DNA from: Eledone cirrhosa
Taxonomy: Eukaryota
Assembly: GCA_964016885.1 (NCBI GenBank)
Contig: OZ024743.1
Coordinates: 188,728,001-188,792,000, forward strand
DNA: 64,000 nucleotides
Reading direction: 5' to 3'
This document shows, piece by piece, positions 35,360-52,689 of the stretch. Position numbers and translations under genes: made by a program. Below the pieces are notes generated by a model, which saw only the letters and a list, made by a program, of their open reading frames with translations, was not told where the DNA came from and did not search any database. Numbering within the stretch: position 1 is the first letter of the stretch; each line of letters starts with the position of its first letter.

Positions 35360-35967
35360 GGTGGCTGCCAACTCGTTTTCGAGTACGGCCACTACTTTAT
35401 ATCCATGTAGGAGAACCCCTACCGATGCGCTGAACGAGGGTGACTTTTTAGTCCAGCCAGCGACTTGAAAACTCTGGTACAAACACTACACTTGTGACAA
35501 TCATTGACACATAGTGCTGGACCCATGGTACCATGTGACGACAAGTGCAGAGACGTCTCCAGATATAAAGCAATACCTGTGCCATGAAGCTTTTATAGTG
35601 AGCAAAGGCACTGCACAAAGCCAGTCCCACTCTCTTAACCAAGATGATATTTACCAAAAAGAAGAACAAGTCAACATCATTGGATACCATCAGGGTTGCA
35701 GGTGTTACATCAGAGTTTTACTTCTCCTAGAATTCTGCCTTGACAAAGGCTAAGGGTTCATTCCTCCCGGTGATTTTGGATGGCCATTGACTCTTAAGAG
35801 CTCCTTTGCCATTTGACAGGTTTTGTTTTTAGTCCTGCAGGATGTCCAAAGTCACCCTCCTCACCAAAAATCCTTGGTGGGGTTGCCAGTTTAGTCGCCA
35901 ACGACCCGACCATGTGACAGGTTGTACTGGGATACATGTTACCAGTAGCACCAACTGGTGACCTGAC
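35360..35967 (-). mobile_element. Non-coding RTE-derived element (5' UTR-like)
   Basis: Minus strand has CAAGGCAG...TCTAGGAGAAGTAAAACTCTGAT, recalled as an RTE-group 5' UTR motif, and a 5' HDV-like fold; flanked by (TA)n. Confidence 0.6.
35886..35941 (-). ncRNA. HDV-like ribozyme candidate
   Basis: AACATGT(P1) atc CCAGT(P2) acaacctgtc ACATGGT(P1') c GG g TCG ttgg CGA(P4) CTAA ACTGG(P2'); P3/L3 degenerate. Confidence 0.5.
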
Positions 35968-36204
35968 ATATATATATATACACATATATATACATACACA
36001 TATATATACAGACATATATATATATATACACACATATATATATATACACACACACATATACACACACATATATATATATAAATGCACACACACACACATA
36101 TATATACATACACACATATATACACACACAAAACAAGTTGTCTGGTACTCACATATATATATATATATACATACATACATATATATATATACATACATAA
36201 TATA

Positions 36205-36895
36205 TAAGATCAAAAGATGGTTAAAGGAGTTCCATGTATTTTATTATGCACATTTCAAAAACAAACATCATCATGCAATATTATTTGTGTTTTCATCAGA
36301 TAAAACAGGAGGACATGATATGAAGGCTAAAAAACACTTGTGGCTAGTGCAGTTTTAAATCAACATATGAGAAGTAATTTTAGATTGATGTGTGATATTG
36401 GGAAAAATATTTTATTTAGAGAGGGGGGGGGGTGGAAAGGATGAAAAAAAGGGGAGGAGATGAGAGTGAAGGTGGAGAGGGAGAGATGGGTGATAGAGAG
36501 AAAGAGATAGTTTTTATAACTGAGAAAAGATATATTGTTTTACATAGAGAGGTTGAAAACCGTTGGAAGATAATAATGTATAAATTAAAAGAATTTGAAA
36601 ATTAACGAAGGGAAAAATATGTACGAAGAAGGAGGGGGAGTTAATATGTATTGAGATTAAAAAGTTTGATGATAGAGAGAAAAGAATAATGGATTGCGGA
36701 TGAATATTCTAACGTCAAAAAAATGTGTGTATGTTTACAAGTATTATGGAAATTTGAAAATTAACGAAGAGAAAAAATTATTAAGGTTTGTGTATTGAAG
36801 GATTTGAGAAAAATAATGTGAAGTTAAGGTTTGTATATTGAAGGAATTGATAATATGTGCGAAGAAAGAGTTAATATGTATTAAGAATGAGTTAC
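36205..36895 (-). mobile_element. Solo pLTR-like segment
   Basis: Between (TA)n; internal direct repeats (36591 and 36749), pyrimidine tract on minus, terminal hammerhead. Confidence 0.55.
36239..36305 (-). ncRNA. Type I hammerhead ribozyme, intact core
   Basis: Minus: TTTTAT-CTGATGA-AAACACAAATA...TGTTTGTTTTT-GAA-ATGTGCAT-A-ATAAAA; 6-bp stem I, ~10-bp stem II, near-palindromic stem III, AUA site. Confidence 0.82.
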
Positions 36896-36944
<49 letters not shown>

Positions 36945-36948
36945 AATA

Positions 36949-37068
<120 letters not shown>

Positions 37069-37184
37069 TATGTATATATATATACATATATATATATATA
37101 GATGTGTATATATATATAAATACATGTATATATATATATATACATATATACATATATATATATACATATATATATATTCATATT

Positions 37185-37225
<41 letters not shown>

Positions 37226-37227
<2 letters not shown>

Positions 37228-37567
37228 CCCCGTCCCACCACCCCATCCACACCACCCCTTCTATGTAAAGTTATGTTGGTGCCACACCATCCAGGCCGAA
37301 ACAAATGGCACCATGTAGGTGTCACGACAAAAAAACACACAGTCCACGCTGTAATGTGGCCGTGTAGGCAACACGGTAAAAACCTCCCAGAGCCACACTG
37401 TAAATGTGGTTGGTGTTAGGAAGGGCATCCAACTGTAGAAAACCTGCCAGACAGTCCTATACGAGCAAGACAATCACTCTTGCCTCAAGTGGGAATACCT
37501 CCGTCCAAACCCATGCAAGCGTGGAACACGGACGTTAAACGTTGATGATGATGATGATGATGATGAT
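37226..37567 (+). mobile_element. RTE subfamily B 3' UTR
   Basis: Near-identical to 16685-17025; (GAT)n tail. Confidence 0.9.
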
Positions 37568-37607
37568 ATACATATATATACATATATATATATACATATA
37601 TATATAC

Positions 37608-37654
<47 letters not shown>

Positions 37655-37811
37655 CATATATATATACATATATACACACACATATATATATATATATATA
37701 CATATATATATACATATACATATACATACATATATATATATATTTATATATACATATATATATATATACACATATTTATATACATATATATATATACATA
37801 TTTATATACAA

Positions 37812-37858
<47 letters not shown>

Positions 37859-38105
37859 TATATACATATATATATGTACATATATATATATTTATATATG
37901 TATTATATTTTAACTTTAATTATATCTCATAAAATATTACAACTGGCTTTCCACATAATACATATAGTTACCACCCCAAACATTTAAATTGGGTTTATAC
38001 TAACATATAACCTAATGTTTGTTGAGTGAGATGGTTGTCAGTCAGAGTTTAGCTTTAAGCTATCTCTGTTATTGTATTAAATATATATATATATATCCAT
38101 ATTTA

Positions 38106-38160
<55 letters not shown>

Positions 38161-38162
38161 TT

Positions 38163-39630
38163 ATTAAATAAACAGATTAAAGTTTAAGCAAAGAATCGCT
38201 GCTTTCACCCTTAACGGGATCTTCTGAAACTAACAAAGTCAATCTGTAAACGCAGAACTGGATATTTCAAAAAACGTCTAAGAAGGAATATGACGTCACT
38301 TTCAGCTTATATCTGGAGTCTAAAAGACAACCACACCCAATATAAGTTACACTGGGAGATCCTAGCTAGGGCTAGATCGTATAACGGAAATAAAAGACCA
38401 TGTGACCTCTGCGCCGCCCTGGGAATACTCTACGCCACAGACCACATCTTAAACAAAAAATCTGAGGCAATTTCGGCTTGTAAACATAAATTGCACAAAA
38501 CTTTCCTGTATTACAGCCCTACGTTATACCCTAACGGATAGCACGATCTATACGTGGATATTTACGTCTTGATGTGGGAGCTAAGTATATGTTTTGTTTA
38601 TTCCTTTACTTATTTGCATAGGTAAGTATATATTACCCGTATGTTTTGTGTAGGTATGTATACCTTCTCGTACGTATATTTGACTGTTTTGGCGTATCAT
38701 TTTTTACATATTCTGGTATTTAGGGCTTGGTTATGTGTATATGGGAGTTTTGCGTCTGCGTGCGTATGCAGGTTCGTACGTATGGTGGGTGTGTGTTTAT
38801 GTGTACTTCTTGTTTTAGTTGACTTACGTCTCCGAACCTTCATGTATTTATTTGTAGGTATGTGTGTACGCTTGTTATATACGTATTTATTTACTTATAT
38901 ACGTTTATATAATTATTTATTTATTTGTACACAAGCATACACACATACAAATATTTATATGCGCGTGGTTTTGTATACCTATGGTAAGGTTTTGCGTATG
39001 CTTGTGTATGTACGTATCTGTTTGCGTGTATGTATTTATTTGTTCCTATTACTTCTGTATTGTATTTATTTACTTTGTTCTTAACTCTGTAGCGGAGATT
39101 CATTCGGTCTCCTAGTTAGAATTTTAGTCTACGACTTCTGCTATACCATTTACGTGGTTTTGTCTTTGCACGCTATTGTTCTCCACGCTCCACACATGAC
39201 TTATTATCTTCGTTTTTTCGTTCATTGCCGGAGAACGTCTCTATGCACCATTTAGAGAACATTAGTCTACGACCTCTTTTATACCATAAACGTGGTTCTG
39301 TCCTTGCACGTAATTGTCTTTCACCGCTCCTATTAATGACGTATTATTCGTTTTTTCCCGTTCTTTGGCAGCGAACGTCACCATGAACCAAAGTATCGTC
39401 TTCCTGTCTTCCTCCGGTTGCAACGTTTTTTGAAATATCCAGTTCTGCGTTTACAGATTGACTTTGTTAGTTTCAGAAGATCCAGTTAAGGGTGAAAGCA
39501 GCGATTCTTTGCTTAAACTTTAATCTGTTATTTTAATAGATATTTGCTCTTCGGTTCTTATATATTTGATATATATTTTCCTTATCGAGCCCTCTCTGGA
39601 TTTTAGTCTTCAATTTTATTATTATTACTA
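38163..39630 (+). mobile_element. 5'-truncated Naiad-type PLE with inverted upstream pLTR
   Basis: IR 38165-38278 and 39423-39538; GIY-YIG C-terminus TSLSAYIWSLK...CDLC...ILNKKSEAISACKHK at 38290-38541; ~138-bp tandem duplication 39113-39390; 3' extension 39540-39630. Confidence 0.88.
39469..39519 (+). ncRNA. Hammerhead-like fold with CAGAAGA core (mirrored at 38181-38231, minus)
   Basis: AGTTT-CAGAAGA-TCC(C/A)GTTAAGGGT-GAA-AGCA gcgattctt TGCT-T-AAACT. Confidence 0.6.
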
Positions 39631-39634
39631 TTTA

Positions 39635-40490
<856 letters not shown>

Positions 40491-40821
40491 TTTATCCAAA
40501 ATTAAGATAAATAATATGAATTTAATCCAAATCGAAATTGTGGGTTTTATGCAAAAATGGCGTGCGCCATATCGCCTGGAAATAAGCTCAAAGATATATC
40601 CGAGCATTTTATAATAACTAGAAATTGATTAACATATAAATATACATGAATAATCACAGGAGATAATTTTTAAAAGCGTGTAACCACGCATGGCTAGTTG
40701 GGTAATAATTAAATATATACCTTTAAGTATGATTAACCTTCCTTGTATATATCCCATTAAAGAAATATATTTCACCAATTAATCAGATGGTGAGTCACGG
40801 AAAGTGGATATTATTGGATTG

Positions 40822-40926
40822 TCAACAAGGAAGAATAATGTTCAGCGATCCATGCTCACACAGCCAGATGAGGATTTGAACTCGCTGTGTGAGCATGGAT
40901 CGCTGGACATTATTCTTCATTGTTGA
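40822..40926. repeat. ~43-bp-arm hairpin (MITE-like)
   Basis: TCAACAAGGAAGAATAATGTTCAGCGATCCATGCTCACACAGC, loop, GCTGTGTGAGCATGGATCGCTGGACATTATTCTTCATTGTTGA. Confidence 0.9.
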
Positions 40927-41039
40927 ACAAGCCACCACACAAGTCAAACAATGAAAAGTACAAATAGATCAAAATTATTCTAAATTATTTTGAAGTCCCA
41001 GTTAGTCCGGGTTATAAGTAGTGTGGTTCTTATGTGGGT

Positions 41040-41970
41040 AGGGGGCTATGAAGGTGCATAATGACCTGAGGAAAAATTATCGAACGCGCCCCCATATCGG
41101 AGTGGTATGAGATGCTGTCGATTATGCGACCTTGAGCTGTTCCACATCTTGAGTTCGAGGAATAAGTTACTCAACAATAAAATCGAAAGATCCATTTATT
41201 GTAACCAGACTCAAAGTGAAGTTTTCGCACTACAAATCGAACCCTAAACCTCTTACTACCAACTGACAAACTGCATATACTTAGACTGTATACCCTCATA
41301 TTGTATCTAAACCCTTTTAATTACCCACAAAACCAATACATATATACCCCTTTTCTCCCTCATTCCTCTTCTATTTCTTCGTTTTCTTCCTTCCTTCCCT
41401 CCCTTTCCTGGCTATCTTTTCTTTTCTTCTTTCTCATCCCCTTCTTTGCTTTTATTTTTGTCATTATTATCTTTATCTTTATTTTTTTAATATATATATA
41501 TATATTCATCTCTTTATATCTCCCCCCTCTCTCTCTCCCTCTCTATCCATCCCTCCTACTATGATCAATTTTATTATCTTTAACTTACTACATTCCATGA
41601 CATGAAGTCTGCTATCAAAACTGACCAAGGAATCCTTCCACCTCTACCCCTCCCTCCACCTCAGTTTGTCACTCTACTTCCTACCTCTTCCCTCTTCCTC
41701 TCTCACTATACTATTCTGTTTGTCCCCTCACCTTCTGATTCCTCTCTCTCTATACTAATAAATAAATTCCAAATAAATGTTTTTCTCTATATATTAAGAA
41801 TTACTTCAAGAGTTACTTACTAACTATTTTGAAAATTTGGACTGTGAACAACAATTATAATTGAGTGGCTGCTATTTGCAGTATAGCAATATAAGGTTGC
41901 ACTTACCAATGAAACAGTCGTTAATACCTGGATAAAATCCTTCTCTTAATGCTTACCTGTGTTTTCTCTT
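41040..41970 (+). mobile_element. Naiad-type PLE 3' fragment (GIY-YIG tail and pyrimidine-rich 3' region)
   Basis: IIERAPIS/PYRSGMRCCRLCDLELFHILSSRNKLLNNKIERSIYC at about 41075-41205. Confidence 0.7.
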
Positions 41971-41971
41971 T

Positions 41972-43106
<1,135 letters not shown>

Positions 43107-44030
43107 TTTCGTGAAATAGTCTTTTCAAGACGATACAGAACATTTGAAATTGTCCCAAATTGAAGGTTGCGTACTTTAGACTTTGTTTTATCATGAGTTA
43201 AGGCTCTATTGATTTTTCCCTGGATTTCTCTAAATTCTGTTGTATAAATCTATATCCTGATTGCTTTTGAATTGAGTCTGAATTATTTTTCCCATATCTT
43301 ATGTTAACTATTTTCCCATTTTGACGCTATAGTCACATATATGTTATGGAATACTGTTAGCTTCTCGCTACAACAATTTCCATACTTTTCATTTATATGT
43401 ATATACTCGGATTATTTTTTTTAGAGTGCTTAAATTATTTGGGACTAATCCTGGTATTTTTTTTTGGAAAAAGACGGCGATGATATTGCTTTTTGCTGAA
43501 CTCCTTTTGTAGAGATTTCTTTCGGAAGGTTTTTGATTGTTGTTTCATGTAAACAAACATTTGTATCATTCTGACGTCACCAGCCTTGTTTTTCCACATG
43601 TGCGTTTATTTTAATAACCACGCATGATGTTAAACTAGGCTGCTTTTAAATTCCTTTTTTGGCGTATTACCAGTGAGACCTTGGTTACCATGTTGAGCTC
43701 TGCTGAGGAACGGATTCCAAGGTGACCATCTGCACTGAAGGTTTTCATGAAATAGTCTTTTCAAGACTATACAGAGGATTTAAAATTGTCCCAAATTGAA
43801 GGTTGAGTACTTTAGACTTTGTTATATCATGAGTTAAGGCTCTATTGATTTTTCCCTGGATTTCTCTAAATTCTGTTGTATAAATCTATATCCTGATTCC
43901 TTTTGAATTGAGTATGAATTATTTTTCCAATATCTTATGTTAACTATTTTTCCCATCTTGACGCTATAGTCGCATATATGTTATGGAATACTGTTAGCTT
44001 CTCGCTACAACAATTTCTATACTTTTCATT

Positions 44031-44035
<5 letters not shown>
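43107..44035. repeat. ~290-bp direct repeats 636 bp apart (possible transposon coding remnant)
   Basis: 43107-43398 closely matches 43743-44035 with scattered substitutions. Confidence 0.85.
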
Positions 44036-46601
<2,566 letters not shown>

Positions 46602-47391
46602 AGCGGCGATGAATTAGTTTTGCGACGTTTTTTATATGAAATCGTGTGTCGAAACAAATATTCTTATACTTGGTGAGGGTCATATTTGTGTAATATTGCC
46701 AGAATTAATAACAGAACACACTCACTGTTTGGTTGGTTTTCGCTTCTGGCTTCTGTGTCTTTTATATAGGTAATCTAACTTACTCGGTCCTCAATGTTGC
46801 CATTGACTGACCAACGGTCAAAAATAATACAGATACAATATAGACACAAACACATATATATAGTTTATCATAAATCTTTCGTTGCACATCTGCAACATCG
46901 TCAGTGGTGCTATCGTTTCCTCCCGTTGCCTTGTATGTCTACGCCATTTTTATTCAGTCTGTCTATATATTTATTTATTTATTTGCTTGTTTGTTTATTT
47001 TATTTTGTTTTCCTTGCGCATGCGTTTGCGTATGTGTATAGTGTTTTGTTTGATGTGTGATGGGTGACTACTGTGTGTTTATGTGCTTGTGTATGTATTT
47101 ATTTATTTATTTATTTATTTATTTATTTTATTTTATTTTATTATTTATAATTCTCTTAGGTCAGTGTTGTTTGTTTGGGTGTTGTTGTTATTCCATTCAT
47201 TCTTTCTGTTTAGTCTTGGTCTTCTAATTTCTATTTCACTGGCCTCTCTGATTTGCCTATCGGCTGGGTCATTTCTATGTTTAGATATTATTCTAATTTC
47301 TATGTTGTCTATGTTCGTATAGTACTGACCCGTGTGTTCTGTTATTAATTCTGGCAATATTACACAAATATGACCCTCCCCAAGTATAACA

Positions 47392-47392
<1 letters not shown>
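46602..47392 (-). mobile_element. PLE pLTR element with hammerhead and short inverted copy
   Basis: IR 46664-46720 and 47333-47389; homologous to 5815-6410; (TA)n flanks. Confidence 0.8.
46867..46908 (-). ncRNA. Minimal type I hammerhead, intact core
   Basis: Minus: ACCA-CTGACGA-T-GTTGCA gatg TGCAAC-GAA-AGATTT-A-TGAT; perfect 6-bp stem II, one stem I mismatch. Confidence 0.78.
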
Positions 47393-47482
<90 letters not shown>

Positions 47483-47488
<6 letters not shown>

Positions 47489-47562
47489 TAATAATAAATT
47501 TGAAGACTAAAATCCAAAGAGGGCTCAATAAGGATAAATATATATCAAATATATAAGAACCG
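47483..47562 (-). mobile_element. Second copy of the PLE 3' extension seen at 39552-39630
   Basis: Reverse complement CGGTTCTTATATATTTGATATATATT...GGATTTTAGTCTTCAA; abuts the CR1 tail. Confidence 0.85.
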
Positions 47563-47565
47563 TAT

Positions 47566-50500
47566 ACTCTTTTACTCTTTTACCTGTTTCAGCCATCCGG
47601 CTGAGGCCATGCTGGGGCACCGCCCTTGTTGCTACACATTTTATATCCAGCCTGTATACGTTGGCCACTGGTGTAAGAGGGAGTTTGTTGCTGCTGCCCT
47701 TGGGTTTCCCTCGTGTCTTGCTGTGGGCTCATCGGGGATCCTGGATAACAAGGTGTCGAGATGTTTCTAGAAGACATCCACCTCCACGTCATGCAAGTCT
47801 CTCAGATCCCTCGGCAGCCTGTTGAAGAGTTGAAGGCCCTTGAATCCCAGGCTATTGCAATACCTGCTCCTTGTTCTAGATGTGGAAGACGGGACCTTTG
47901 GCACCGCACAGTGACGTCCTGTTCGACGGTTGGTCCAGCTCCCAATGCCAAAGTTTGGTGCTAGTCCCTCCAGGATTTTCCACATGTAGATCACTGCGTA
48001 TCTCTCCCGTCTTCGCTCCAAGGAGTAGAGGTTCAGTTCCTTTAGCCTCTCCCAGTAGCTTGTCTCCCTCATCTTGGCAATCCTCTTGGTGTAGCTTCGC
48101 TGGATTGTCTCAAGCTCCGTGGTTAGTTTGACACTATGGGGTGACCACAACTGGGAGCAGTAGTCCAGGCGGCTTAGGACAAATGTCCTCCATAGAGTCA
48201 ACATCGTGTCTTGATCTCTTGTCCGGAAAGTCCTCAAGATACAGCCAGCGAGTCATCTGCACATTGTCGCCACTTTCATGATGTGTGAAGAAAAAGATGC
48301 ATCATCGCTCAAGTCTATGCCCAGGTCTCGTATCGATTTTGACACGGCGATATCGGTCCCTCCTGGTCTTCTGTAGTTGTGTTCCACTATATTTGTGTTT
48401 GGAGGTTTGTTTGGAGGTTTGTATTGTAGGGCTTGGAATTTGCCAGCATTAAACTGCATGTATATATGGTTGGCCACTGTATATGGCATCCAGATCCTGC
48501 TGTAAAAGGGCAACGTCAGCCGGGTTTTTGATTGACTGTGCTACCTTAGTGTCATCAGCATAGCTAGTGAGGGATGTTGTTGTATGCACTACAGAGAGCA
48601 TGTCTGAGAGAGCCACCAAAAACAGTAGTGGTCCCAGGATTGTCCCCTGAGGCACTCCATTTGTTATTGGTGTTGCCCTCGAGAGGGCCCCATTTGCTGC
48701 GACTGCCTGGCTTCTGTCCCTTAGGAAGCCATGCAGCCACTCACCTACTTTTCCAGTTATGCCGAGTCCGTGTAGTTTGTGACATATCATTCCGTGGTCG
48801 ACCTTGTCAAAGGCCTTCGCAAAGTCAAGATATATCACGTCCACATGTGAGCTGTCTAGTAGTTGTCTCAGTACCCAGTCGTAGTGATGTAGCAGCTGTG
48901 TAAGGCAGCTTCTTCCTGGGCGGAAGCCATGTTGCGTGCTAGTCAGGCGGTCATTTTCCTCGAGGAAAGTGATCAGTTTCTTTCTGACGACTCGCTCCAT
49001 GACCTTACTGATATGCGACGTCAGGGAGACTGGCCTATAGTTTTTGGCCTCCGCTCTGCTACCTCCTTTATGGATAGGGCATATTGTGCCTTCTTTCAGC
49101 TCCCTGGGTAGTACACCGCTAGCCAAGGAGCTTCTGAAGAGCATCTTCAGTGGAGTTGCTAAGGCCCGCTTACATATTTTTAAGAGAACTGCTGGGAATC
49201 CATCAGGTCCAGCAGCCGAGTCTGTTCTAATTTCATCAATGGCGTACACCACATCCTCATCCGTTATGTCTATGTGGTTGATGGTTGCCATTTCTTGATG
49301 TAGTGTTGTGGCACCAAAGAACTCCTCTGGCTTCGTTATTTGCATGTGCCTCAGTGGACATGTGAACACACTTTTGTACTGTTCGTTCAGTATTTCACAT
49401 ATCTCTTGGGGGTTTTCGGTTTATGAACCGTCCGTATGGAAGAGTGGCCCAATATTGCAGTGTACTGAGGCAGTTTCTTTTGCAAATTTAAAGAAGGCCT
49501 TAGGGTTTGTTTTAATGTTTTCTATGGCCCTGTTCTCTTTCTTTGCTCTCTCATTATCATGGGAAAGTTTGAGCGCAATCTCGGTGTCAAGTAGTGCACG
49601 TTTCAAATAGGATTCCTTCTTGTTTTTGTTTTGTTGACTATTCAACTGGTTTGAGAGTTTAGTTCTACGTCTCATAAGGATTTTCCTATCTCTGGGAATA
49701 AGATTTTTGTGTCTGTTTGCCTCTTTCTCCGGAACAAACTTTTTGCATATAGTGTGTATCGTTGTCATGAAGTGTTGAAATTGTGTGTTAGTGTCTTGTG
49801 TGGCGGTGTTTTCACTCCATGTTTGCTTCCGGATTTCTCTCTTAATCTTTTTCCAGTTAGCCTTGTAGAAGTTAAGGCTGGAAAGCGTTCCGGAGCTTCT
49901 TGGTGGTTTTGTCTCTGTTGGTTCTCTTGGACCACATATCATTAGCTCTACTATGTTATGATCCGAGAGAATTGTTGGTGTCACCTTTACATTGTGGATG
50001 AGCACTTCGTTGTTTGTAAAACAGAGGTCCAGGACATTTTCGCCTCTTGTTGGGAGGAGTATTGCTTGCTCCATGAACAGCCTGTGTGAGGGCCAGCAAG
50101 GATTCCGTCTGTCTCTGTTCTATTGACGTCATTCCAGGGAAGAGGTGGCCCTCAGGCCATTTGATCTTTGGTAGGTTGAAGTCTCCAAGCAGTAGGATGT
50201 TGAGACCCTGGTCCAGTTTGTCAAGGACCTCTTCTATCCTACTTAGGCTATCCTCAAATTTACCCTCATGACTGGGGGCATTGGGAGGCCGATATGTGAC
50301 ACATATTACTGTCTGTAGTTGCTTCATATATATTATCAGTGTGTCACAGACTGAGTTTGAATGTGTCAACAGTACCATTGGTGTGACATCTTCACGGATA
50401 TACAGAGCTACCCCACCATGACTTCTCTCCTTCCTGTCCGAACGAAATACAGCATATTTCAGTATATGTATTTCTGCATCTGCTATACTGCTTGTCAGGT

Positions 50501-51656
50501 GAGTTTCGGTTAGTGCCATGCATAGTGCTTGATTGCTTATGGCTAAGTCTCCCAGGTAGGAATTGTTACTCATGTTACTGAGTTTCACCAGGTCTCTGAC
50601 ATTCAGCAGCAGCACTGGTGTGACTTTGGGGGTGCCAGTAATGGCTGTCGGTATGACACCTGGTCTGGTGTCAGCGGCGGCCACTCTGGGTCCCTTAACT
50701 GTGGTGGTCTCGAGTGCTGGTGTGGATGACTCTGGCTCTGGAGACGATGCAGCCAGGTCAGCTGTCCCACAATCTTCTCTGGCATCACCGAAAAATTTTT
50801 CTGCTCTGTTGCTGCCATCTGTATCTCGTTGGCATGTGCGTGCCTTCTCCTTGTTGGTGCGGCACGCGCGACATCAGCATACTTCTGGAGCGGCTTATTT
50901 CGGCTTTGGCATGTTGCGCGAGCAGGATGGGCATAGTTCGTTTGAGACCTAGGGTGGGCGAATCTGCATCCCATCTCTGTCTCTCCATGCCAGCATGTCC
51001 CATTCTTGAAAAACTTGCACATTACTTGGGTTTTTTTGCTCCCAGTGTCTCGGTGTTTTCTGTTCTTTCTTTGAACAGTTGTCCACTGGTCCCTCTGTGC
51101 TTGGTTCTCCTTCGGAAGGTGATTTCGCTTTTCACCTTTGCCCTTTGCTCATTGGTTGCCCGGCCTGCCCTCCCTGCCTGTGGCGGAGGGTATATCATTT
51201 TCTTTCAGGTCCGTGCTTGTGCTCTCCTCCTTCTGTTTCCTTTTCCTTCTCTTTCTCCTCATCCCTCTCTTCGGTTTTCTCCTCCCTGAGGACACGGCTT
51301 AGCATCGCCATATGTGGCGCTATGAGGACATACGCCTTCTCAATTTCTTTTCTCTTTCTCTCTATCTGTGCCAGGGTCCTCAGAAACCCATGGCTCTTCA
51401 GGTTCTCCGCCATCTTTTTTCTTGGTGGAGACCCATCAGCCATGGTCCACCCCTTGATCAAAACCGCTAGTTCAATCTATGACCAGTTTCGTTGACTCCT
51501 AATTTCACCTTTTTCCTGCATGCAGTCCATTTCGCTGTGGAGGGGAGAAAGAGAGACAGTGGGAAGTGTAGGGTAGAGGTTAGAGAGGGACAGAGGGAGG
51601 GAGGGAGGGAGGGGGGAGGGAGGGAGATATAAGTCCAGTGAGATATTGAAGGAGCG
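47566..51656 (-). mobile_element. Near full-length CR1-group LINE (frameshifted; 5' end runs into the gap)
   Basis: ORF1 relic with CKFFKNGTCWHG...CRFAHP; APE (LTETHL, GGVALYI, YRPP, LGDFNLP, LDLCFTN, SDH); RT (GPDG, QHGFRPGRSC, YLDFAKAFDKVDH, GVPQG, YADD); tail (AAAAGAGT)n. Confidence 0.93.
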
Positions 51657-51856
51657 NNNNNNNNNNNNNNNNNNNNNNNNNNNNNNNNNNNNNNNNNNNN
51701 NNNNNNNNNNNNNNNNNNNNNNNNNNNNNNNNNNNNNNNNNNNNNNNNNNNNNNNNNNNNNNNNNNNNNNNNNNNNNNNNNNNNNNNNNNNNNNNNNNNN
51801 NNNNNNNNNNNNNNNNNNNNNNNNNNNNNNNNNNNNNNNNNNNNNNNNNNNNNNNN
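51657..51856. other. Assembly gap (200 N)
   Basis: Run of N. Confidence 1.
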
Positions 51857-52689
51857 TGCTCAAATAATTCTGCCAATCCACTTCCCAGCTTTATCTCAGT
51901 GTATTGGCATCATGATTTAAAATTTTATGCCACATAGTTTTCTTGAAGTGAAAGTATGGACATAGTTTCCTGTATGTCTGTAAATTCTAACATAAATCGG
52001 CTGTCTACTAGAGTTTTGTCATCATCATCATCATTATCATCATTTCACATCCGCTGTTCTTACTAATAAGGTTGGGCAGGTCTTCATAGACCAAGTCAGT
52101 AGTCAAGTGGGGATACTGACCTTGCAGTTGGGCTGGGGCATGCATCACACTTATATACTGTCCCACATTCTGTTGAGTGCATTTTATCATGCATTTCCTA
52201 TAACCAATCACTAAATGCATTTATCATGTAGATCACCACACTAAGGAGATTATCATATCATTGACACAAAAACATGTGTCCTCACAAGTCTACTGTCTGG
52301 TCTTGATTTTGTTTATCCATAACTGCTGAAGTAATGAATAATTTGATATATTTAATTCAAATTAGTATCTTATAATTCATATAGAAGTGAATTATTATAT
52401 TCTGACTGTTATTTTTAGCAGGAAAACTAATTATATTTTTTGGTGGCAAACTTAATATCGTTTTTCATTTTGATATGGTATTTACAAGTTCGAATTCTTT
52501 TATTATTAATACACAGAAAAATATTATCGACAGACATTACTAGATATTTAAAGATTTTTTTTCTTTTCGAGAGATTTCATAAAAAATTCATAGTGGCTAT
52601 ACATTGTAAAAGCTATCAATAGGCTTTTATACTTTTTCATATTTTATTTATTCTTTTGTTTTTTGTTTTTTGTAAAATGTCTCTCTTTA

